Assembly (NCBI GenBank): GCA_963713825.1
Contig: CAVQNG010000003.1
Coordinates: forward strand, 1,440,001 to 1,504,000
Length of the DNA: 64,000 bases
Direction of reading: 5' to 3'
DNA from: an uncultured Acidobacteriota bacterium
GTDB lineage: Bacteria > Acidobacteriota > Thermoanaerobaculia > Multivoradales > JAHEKO01
A program made the translations under genes and the position numbers. Of the stretch, positions 57,945 through 64,000 are shown piece by piece (the stretch's first letter is position 1; each line of letters starts with the position of its first letter). The notes under the pieces were generated by a model. The model did not search any database. It was not told the DNA's origin and saw only the letters and a program-made list of their open reading frames with translations.

Positions 57945-59254
57945 CTGGCGATTCGCTCGCCAGCGGAGTTGTCGAGGCGCTTGCCGGGCGCGGCCTCAAG
58001 GACGTCGAGGTTTTTCTGAAGTCGGGTCGATCGCGCCGCTTCGAGATCGGTCCACAGGGCCGAATCGCGAGCTCGAGTCAGGAGGAGGGCTGGGCGGTAC
58101 GGGCGGGCAGCGACCGCTCGTCGTTATTTGTTTCTGGCACGGGCCGACCGGCGACTGTGGGCCCCTGGCCGGATCCCGACGGGCAGCCGCTGCGACTGCC
58201 GCCAGCCGTGGCAGTCCCACTCTGGAACCCCCCTGCGGATTTGGAGGCGCCCCTCTCTGGTGAGATCGAGGCCATCAGACTCTTGGAAGCGATCGAGACA
58301 AGTGTCACCAGTGAGTTGTCGGGAGCCCGACTCCTGCGCGGCCTGCTGGATGAGGGGTCGAGTCAAACGAGCATCCTGAGCACCCGAGGAATCGACGCCT
58401 CCTATCGGGGTCGAGCCGCGTCGCTCTTCGTGGAGATGGCAGGGCCCTGGCCAGGGGCCGAAACGGTCGGAGTCGCGATGGCTCGCCGGGAGATGCGGAG
58501 TTTTCATGCACCGACAATCGCGCGTCGTCTCGTCGATCGTCTGTTGCTGCAACGCGAGGGCCAGTCACCCGATCGCGATCGGGGGGAGTTTCTCCTGGGA
58601 CCAGCTTTGGGAGTGCGCCTGCTGGTGGCTCTGCTACCCCTGGTTCTGGGTGGAGGCAGTGAAGCGATCGTTCGAGCCCTGCGTGACCGCCGGGGGCGCA
58701 TCGGAAGCGAGCTGCTGACGATCAAGGATGATGGCAGGTATCGAGGTGGAATTCTGGAGGCACCGGTCGATGGAGAAGGCCGCCCCACCCGCGAGACGGT
58801 CATCGTTGGCGAAGGCCGCTTCAACCAACCGCTGGTCGGCTGGAACGAGGCGCAGGGCACGGCTGTAGGAGCTTCAGGGTGCGTGCGGAGACCCAGTTGG
58901 CGAGACTTGCCGAGGGTTGCCCCTTCGCATCTCTACCTGGCGCCAAGCCCTGATGTCAAAGTGGCTTCACTGTTGACTGCGGTGACTCGCGGCTACTACC
59001 TGATCGACACTCAGGGAAGTGGGCGTTTCGACCTCGAAAGGGACAGTTTTCGATTGCCGGTTTGTGGATTTGCCTTGCGGCAGGGTCATGCAGCGGTGCC
59101 CCTCGCGGGAGCCTGGCTCACAGGCAGCATCAGCGCCTGGCTGCGCGGCATTCAAGGCGTAGCCCGGGACATCGAGTTCGAGCCCTGGTCTGGAATGATC
59201 GGTTCACCCACCACCCTGGTGACCGGGCTGGAGTTGCGGCGCAACCCCGATTGA
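57941..59254 (+). CDS. PmbA/TldE-like partner subunit
   Basis: IGSELLTIKDD, DGEGRPT, GSPT; no HExxxH; overlaps tldD stop (GTGA). Confidence 0.78.
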   Translation: MTGDSLASGVVEALAGRGLKDVEVFLKSGRSRRFEIGPQGRIASSSQEEGWAVRAGSDRSSLFVSGTGRPATVGPWPDPDGQPLRLPPAVAVPLWNPPADLEAPLSGEIEAIRLLEAIETSVTSELSGARLLRGLLDEGSSQTSILSTRGIDASYRGRAASLFVEMAGPWPGAETVGVAMARREMRSFHAPTIARRLVDRLLLQREGQSPDRDRGEFLLGPALGVRLLVALLPLVLGGGSEAIVRALRDRRGRIGSELLTIKDDGRYRGGILEAPVDGEGRPTRETVIVGEGRFNQPLVGWNEAQGTAVGASGCVRRPSWRDLPRVAPSHLYLAPSPDVKVASLLTAVTRGYYLIDTQGSGRFDLERDSFRLPVCGFALRQGHAAVPLAGAWLTGSISAWLRGIQGVARDIEFEPWSGMIGSPTTLVTGLELRRNPD

Positions 59255-59302
59255 GTGGGACCTGGTGTGCGGTACGAAAGGCGCGCCCCGGAGAGGAGAG
59301 CT

Positions 59303-59854
59303 CTACTCTGGCTTGGCTTTGAGTTTCACTTCACCGTCGTCAGAGGTGATTCGAAATCGAACCTGGTTGCAGCCAGTCTTGCTCCGGATCTTGGCCGTCT
59401 GCTTCACGAGATAGGCCTGAAAGCTATCGAAGTCGGTCTTCTTGCCCCGGCCCGAGCCTCCATAGAGGTCGTCATACAACGCCTGCACGGCGTCCCTGTC
59501 CGGTGACCTCTCGATCACGATACCTCGGCTGGTATCGATCTTCTTCTCCGCCGGGACGGGAGCTTCGCGGGTGGTCCCACCTTCCTCCTGTTCGCGAAGG
59601 CGACGATTGAACTGCACCCAAAGCGTGTTGAACCGGGCTTCCAGGGTGTTGAGCTGGAACCGCTGCGCGACGCTCCTGAGGCGCTCCATTCGGAGGTACT
59701 GGATCTGCTTCTGGATGTTCTGGCGCAGCTGGTCTGGGGGAGTGGCGAGATTGCCGCTGAAGAAGCGCTCGAAGTCGATCTTGAAGCGCTTCAGGTCGCG
59801 ATCGAGTCGCTGTAGGGCTTCGTCCTGCTCGGTGGGAGCTGCGGGTTCGACCAT
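59303..59854 (-). CDS. Hypothetical protein resembling MXAN_5187 C-terminal-domain proteins
   Basis: KIDFERFFSG..PP; C-terminal ..IRSKTGCNQVRFRITSDDGEVKLKAKP. Confidence 0.6.
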   Translation of the reverse strand: MVEPAAPTEQDEALQRLDRDLKRFKIDFERFFSGNLATPPDQLRQNIQKQIQYLRMERLRSVAQRFQLNTLEARFNTLWVQFNRRLREQEEGGTTREAPVPAEKKIDTSRGIVIERSPDRDAVQALYDDLYGGSGRGKKTDFDSFQAYLVKQTAKIRSKTGCNQVRFRITSDDGEVKLKAKPE

Positions 59855-59890
59855 GGAATTCCGGGCTAGAATCAGGGTGGACGTGAAATC

Positions 59891-61252
59891 GTGACGGAAT
59901 CTACAGATATACGCCGACAACTCCCAGCAGTGGACCGCCTGCTGGCAGACCCCAGAATCGAGTCTCTGGCTGCATTATACGGGAGAGAGTTGGTGCGCCA
60001 ACAGGTCAGGCACGAGCTCGACGCCCTCCGTCGTCAGCTGGCAGACGAGGCGTCGACCAGTGAACGAGAGCTGGAGGTTGTCGTCGATCAGCTGATTCAG
60101 AGTGTCGAGACCGTCCTGAACGATGGTGTCGGATCGAAGTTGAGCCGAGTGCTCAATGCGACAGGGATCCTACTGCACACGAATCTCGGGCGGGCTCCGC
60201 TGCCGCGCGCTGTCGCTGACCGGTTGCCGCCTCTTCTCAATGCCTACTGCGACCTCGAGTTCGACCTGGAGTCTGGACGCAGGAGTGAGAGAAACCGAGG
60301 TGCCGAGCTTCTCTTGACGACCCTGACAGGGGCGGAGTCGGCGCTGGTGGCGAACAACAACGCCGGCGCCCTGGTACTGGTTCTGGCCACCTTGGCGGCG
60401 GACCGAGACGTGGTGGTTTCACGCGGCGAGCTGGTCGAGATTGGTGGCTCTTTCCGGGTCCCCGATATCTTGCGGGCTGCCGGATCTCGGCTGGTGGAAG
60501 TGGGTACCACAAACCGTACCCGAATCGACGACTATGAGCAGGCCATTGGGCCCGAAACGGCCCTGCTCCTCAAGGTGCACCCCAGCAACTACCGAATCTC
60601 GGGTTTCGTAGCCAGCACTGGTGTCGGGGATCTGGTGGATCTGGCCCGTCGGCGTGGGCTTCCGCTGGCCGTCGATGAGGGGAGCGGACTGCTTCGACCA
60701 CACCCGGCACCCCAGTTTCAGGGCCATGAAAGTGTCCGCGAGCTCATCAGCATGGGCGCGGATGTCGTCTGCAGTAGCGGTGACAAGCTGCTCGGTGGAC
60801 CGCAAGCCGGTCTGCTGGTCGGTAGCAAGGAGATCATCCAGCGCTGTCATCGTTATCCCCTGTATCGGGCCCTGAGACCGGATCGAGCCGCCTACGCTTC
60901 ACTGGAAGCGGTGCTGCGCTGTCACCTTGCGGAGAGCCCCTTGCCCCTGGATCGACTATGGGTAGACAGGGCGGTGCATAGGAGCCGCCTGGAGGGTATG
61001 GCCCAGAGGCTGGGGTCGGAGATCGTTGGGGCCGAGGCCTTTGTGGGAGGTGGTGCCGCCCCCGAGAGGCCGATTGCAGGAGAAGCGCTCGCCCTGCCAG
61101 GAGACTCGGACCTTCTGTACCGATTGCGCCACGGAGATCCCCCGGTCGTCGGCTACATCCGAGAGGGCCGCCTGATCCTCGACCTCCGAACTGTCGATCC
61201 AGAGGATGACTCTCTATTGGAGAACGCAGTCAAGGCAGCACTCGCCGGCTGA
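59891..61252 (+). CDS. selA: L-seryl-tRNA(Sec) selenium transferase
   Basis: VLNATGILLHTNLGRAPL, SRGELVEIGGSFRVPD, EVGTTNRT, KVHPSNY, SGDKLLGGPQAG. Confidence 0.93.
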   Translation: MTESTDIRRQLPAVDRLLADPRIESLAALYGRELVRQQVRHELDALRRQLADEASTSERELEVVVDQLIQSVETVLNDGVGSKLSRVLNATGILLHTNLGRAPLPRAVADRLPPLLNAYCDLEFDLESGRRSERNRGAELLLTTLTGAESALVANNNAGALVLVLATLAADRDVVVSRGELVEIGGSFRVPDILRAAGSRLVEVGTTNRTRIDDYEQAIGPETALLLKVHPSNYRISGFVASTGVGDLVDLARRRGLPLAVDEGSGLLRPHPAPQFQGHESVRELISMGADVVCSSGDKLLGGPQAGLLVGSKEIIQRCHRYPLYRALRPDRAAYASLEAVLRCHLAESPLPLDRLWVDRAVHRSRLEGMAQRLGSEIVGAEAFVGGGAAPERPIAGEALALPGDSDLLYRLRHGDPPVVGYIREGRLILDLRTVDPEDDSLLENAVKAALAG

Positions 61253-61308
61253 AGCAAGCGTCAAATACCTCATACATTCGGGTCTGGCTCGAAGGGTACA
61301 ATCGGAGT

Positions 61309-62622
61309 ATGCCTGCGGCCCACATTCTGGTGGTGGAAGATCGGGAATCACTCCGCCGCATGCTCGAGCGAGCCTTGCAGCAAGAAGGTTACGAGGTGAC
61401 CGTCTGTGCCGATGGTGAGCAGGCAACGAGCAAACTGGCGGCAGGGTCCTTCGACCTCGTCTTGACCGACCTCAAGCTTCCGGGGATGTCTGGGATCGAG
61501 GTGCTGAGAACTTCTCGAGAGGCGCATCCCCAACTCCCTGTCGTGGTTCTCACGGCCTTTGGTACCGTTGGCACCGCTGTCGAGGCGATGAAGCTCGGTG
61601 CGGCAGACTTCTTGGAGAAACCGGTCGAGATCGAGGATCTGTTCCAGCTGGTCGAGTCGATGCTCGGTGAGGATGAGGAGAGTGCGGTCTTCAAGCTGCC
61701 CGGTGGTCCAACCATCATCGGCCGGCATCCAACCGTGCGCGCGGCTTTGCGGCTCCTGGACCGGGTGGCCAAAACCAACAGCACAGTTCTGCTCACGGGC
61801 GAAAGCGGCACCGGGAAGGAGCTCTTCGCTCGCGCCCTCCATGGCCTCTCAGAGCGCAAGGAGGGCCCGTTTGTTGGCGTCAACTGCGCCGCCATTCCCG
61901 ACACACTCCTCGAGAACGAGCTGTTCGGCCATGAAAAGGGGGCCTTTACCGGTGCCCATCGGCGACAGGTTGGTCGTTTCGAGTCCGCTCATGGCGGTAC
62001 CTTGCTACTGGACGAGATCGGCGAGCTACCCCTGAGAACCCAGAGCAAGGTCTTGCGCGTGCTGGAAGAGAGGACTTTCGAACGAGTTGGAAGCTCGCGA
62101 TCGCTCAAAGCCGACGTTCGGCTCGTGGCAGCCACGAATCGAGATCTCCGTTCCATGGTCGAGGCAGGAGGCTTCAGAGACGATCTCTACTACCGTCTCG
62201 AGGTCTTTCCCATCGAGCTGCCTCCCTTGAGAGATCGCGCCAGCGATATTCCGTTGCTGGCGCAGCATCTGGTCGAGGCCATCGCGGTCAGGCAGGGTGT
62301 CGTGCCGCGGGCATTGACCGGTGAGGCTGCCGGCCTGCTGCAGCACCACGAGTGGCCGGGCAATGTTCGCCAGCTGGCCAACGTCCTCGAGAGAGCGATG
62401 ATCGTCGGCGAAGGGCCCCGCCTCGAAGCTGCGGAACTGAAGGCCCTGCTGGCGGCCGAGAGCGGTCGAAGCGAGCGCCAACGTATCTGTGACGCTCTCG
62501 ATCAGAGCGCCGGTGACAAACACCGGGCGGCCGAGTATCTGGGGATGAGCTATCGCACGCTCCTGCGGCGGATCAAGGAGCACGACCTGGCGGGCTATCC
62601 CGAGTATCGCAGCCGAGATTGA
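61309..62622 (+). CDS. sigma54-dependent NtrC-family response regulator
   Basis: Receiver domain (DLKLP), GESGTGKE, GAFTGA, LDEIGE, WPGNVR, C-terminal HTH. Confidence 0.95.
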   Translation: MPAAHILVVEDRESLRRMLERALQQEGYEVTVCADGEQATSKLAAGSFDLVLTDLKLPGMSGIEVLRTSREAHPQLPVVVLTAFGTVGTAVEAMKLGAADFLEKPVEIEDLFQLVESMLGEDEESAVFKLPGGPTIIGRHPTVRAALRLLDRVAKTNSTVLLTGESGTGKELFARALHGLSERKEGPFVGVNCAAIPDTLLENELFGHEKGAFTGAHRRQVGRFESAHGGTLLLDEIGELPLRTQSKVLRVLEERTFERVGSSRSLKADVRLVAATNRDLRSMVEAGGFRDDLYYRLEVFPIELPPLRDRASDIPLLAQHLVEAIAVRQGVVPRALTGEAAGLLQHHEWPGNVRQLANVLERAMIVGEGPRLEAAELKALLAAESGRSERQRICDALDQSAGDKHRAAEYLGMSYRTLLRRIKEHDLAGYPEYRSRD

Positions 62623-62679
62623 GGACCTCTGCTATATTGCTGAAACCCTGACACGCGGTCGAAGTGAGGCTGCTTTTCG

Positions 62680-63888
62680 GTGACCGAAGAAAAGAAACGA
62701 CCCAAGAGCTACGATTGGTACACGATCTCCGGGGAGGCCATCCGGGGATGGGGGTTCGCTGTCATTGTCGTCGTACTGGTAGTGGCAGGGTATCTGGGGT
62801 ACCGGTTCGTCGAAGGCATGGTCTTGGAGCGCGAAGTAGCGGCCGTGATCCAGGAAGCACAGGATCTCCTGCAAACGGTGAGAGAAGCGGGTGGCGTCGA
62901 CAGCTACCGTGAGGAGTACGACCAGGCCATCGAGCACCTCGAGGAGGCGAAGGCCAGTCGGGCGGGAGGCGAGCTCAAAGAGGCCTACCGAAACGGCGAG
63001 CGAAGTCGAACCCTGTTGTCCTCGATTCTCTCCGCCTTGCGCCTGCGTGGACCCGAGGGCGAGGCAATGTTCGTAGCTGTGGAGGGGGAAGTCGAGTTTC
63101 GACGCGGGGAGAGAGGTTCTTGGCAGAAGGCGCGAAGTCGTGTGTCGCTGAACGCCGGCGACTACGTCAAGACCTCCGCTGGTGGCTCGGCCGAGGTGAT
63201 GACGGTCGATGGGACCCTCTACACGGTGCGACCCGATACGGTGATCCTGGTTGGGCGAGCTCGGCCCGCCCCGGGCGTGGCGCGGCAACAAGCCATCAAC
63301 CTGGAGTTCGGGTGGGTCAATCTCGGCACCGGGCAGGCCGGCAGCCGTGTGTCGACGCCTGGCGCAGAGGCCCGGGTACGGGAAGAGACCTCGGCGCTAA
63401 TCAGCTACAACGAAGAAGAGGACGTCGGCCGTTTTGCGACCTACGAAGGCAGCATGGTCGTGGCGACAGCCGATGGAACCAGTCGCGAGGTGGCGGCTCT
63501 CGAGCAGGTCGTTCAGTCCGAGGGGACCCTGTCGAAGGCTGAGACTTTACCCATGTCCCCCGTCCTCATGGCTCCGGATGATGACTACGAGATCTTCTTG
63601 AACGCTGGCACAGAGCTGGTATTGACCTGGGCTCCCGTTGCGGGAGCCGAGAGCTACGCTCTTCAGGTCGCTCCAAGCCGCTTCTTTGTGCGCAATGTCA
63701 TCGACGTGAAGAACCGCCGAGAGACCGCCGCGAAGGTTGGTCTACAGGGCGAAGGCACCTTCGTCTGGCGAGTGGCAGCAGTCGATGCCAGCGGCATACA
63801 GAGCCCCTGGAGCGAGCTGCGTCGCTTCCGCGTCACGACTGCTGTCGGGGCTGTCGCGTCTGGATCCGATCCGGTCGGATCCAGGTGA
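62680..63888 (+). CDS. Membrane-anchored FecR-like / FN3-like beta-domain protein
   Basis: N-terminal TM, helical segment, LNAGDYVKT...STPGAEARVR FecR-like region, LTWAPV...YALQV...WRVAA...PWS FN3-like end. Confidence 0.6.
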   Translation: MTEEKKRPKSYDWYTISGEAIRGWGFAVIVVVLVVAGYLGYRFVEGMVLEREVAAVIQEAQDLLQTVREAGGVDSYREEYDQAIEHLEEAKASRAGGELKEAYRNGERSRTLLSSILSALRLRGPEGEAMFVAVEGEVEFRRGERGSWQKARSRVSLNAGDYVKTSAGGSAEVMTVDGTLYTVRPDTVILVGRARPAPGVARQQAINLEFGWVNLGTGQAGSRVSTPGAEARVREETSALISYNEEEDVGRFATYEGSMVVATADGTSREVAALEQVVQSEGTLSKAETLPMSPVLMAPDDDYEIFLNAGTELVLTWAPVAGAESYALQVAPSRFFVRNVIDVKNRRETAAKVGLQGEGTFVWRVAAVDASGIQSPWSELRRFRVTTAVGAVASGSDPVGSR

Positions 63889-64000
63889 GCCAGATCGCCT
63901 TGGCCACCTATCTACCTTCCGGTTCTAGATCCTCGTCTCCAATTTCGGGCGTCACTACTCGGGTCTGAAACCCCCGACTCTGGATGTCGAACTGAGCGTC

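Overview
A GC-rich (roughly 60-65%), gene-dense bacterial chromosome segment made almost entirely of housekeeping genes. Gene content (futalosine-pathway mqnE/mqnP, mglAB, a kinase-less PASTA protein before rpe, diderm envelope genes) suggests Acidobacteriota, possibly Thermoanaerobaculia-like; this is inference only. It carries panCB, mqnE/mqnP/ubiX, a Mo-oxidoreductase, pepD / OPT transporter / PqqD-like genes, mglBA, glmU-glmS-pcrA, truA-uppS-cdsA-dxr...rseP, bamD-cpoB, ftsEX, exbB-exbD-exbD-tonB-TPR, ruvC-yebC, accD (frameshifted)-folC, glyA, a carboxyltransferase, a TldD/TldE pair, selA and a sigma54 regulator. I saw no tRNA, rRNA, CRISPR array, transposase or prophage gene. The most unexplained signal is non-coding: a modular dispersed element in three convergent intergenic gaps (about 6.3, 33.1 and 44.7 kb). 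It is built from ~43-bp REP-like hairpin units, a G-tract module and, in two copies, a 195-nt gapless module (~81% identical) whose stem substitutions preserve pairing on the + strand only (G-U/Watson-Crick swaps plus one compensatory pair), i.e. a candidate structured RNA. A second highlight is a pan-motif-like attenuator (two bulged-A hairpins plus an intrinsic terminator) upstream of panBC. All alignments and folds were done by eye.
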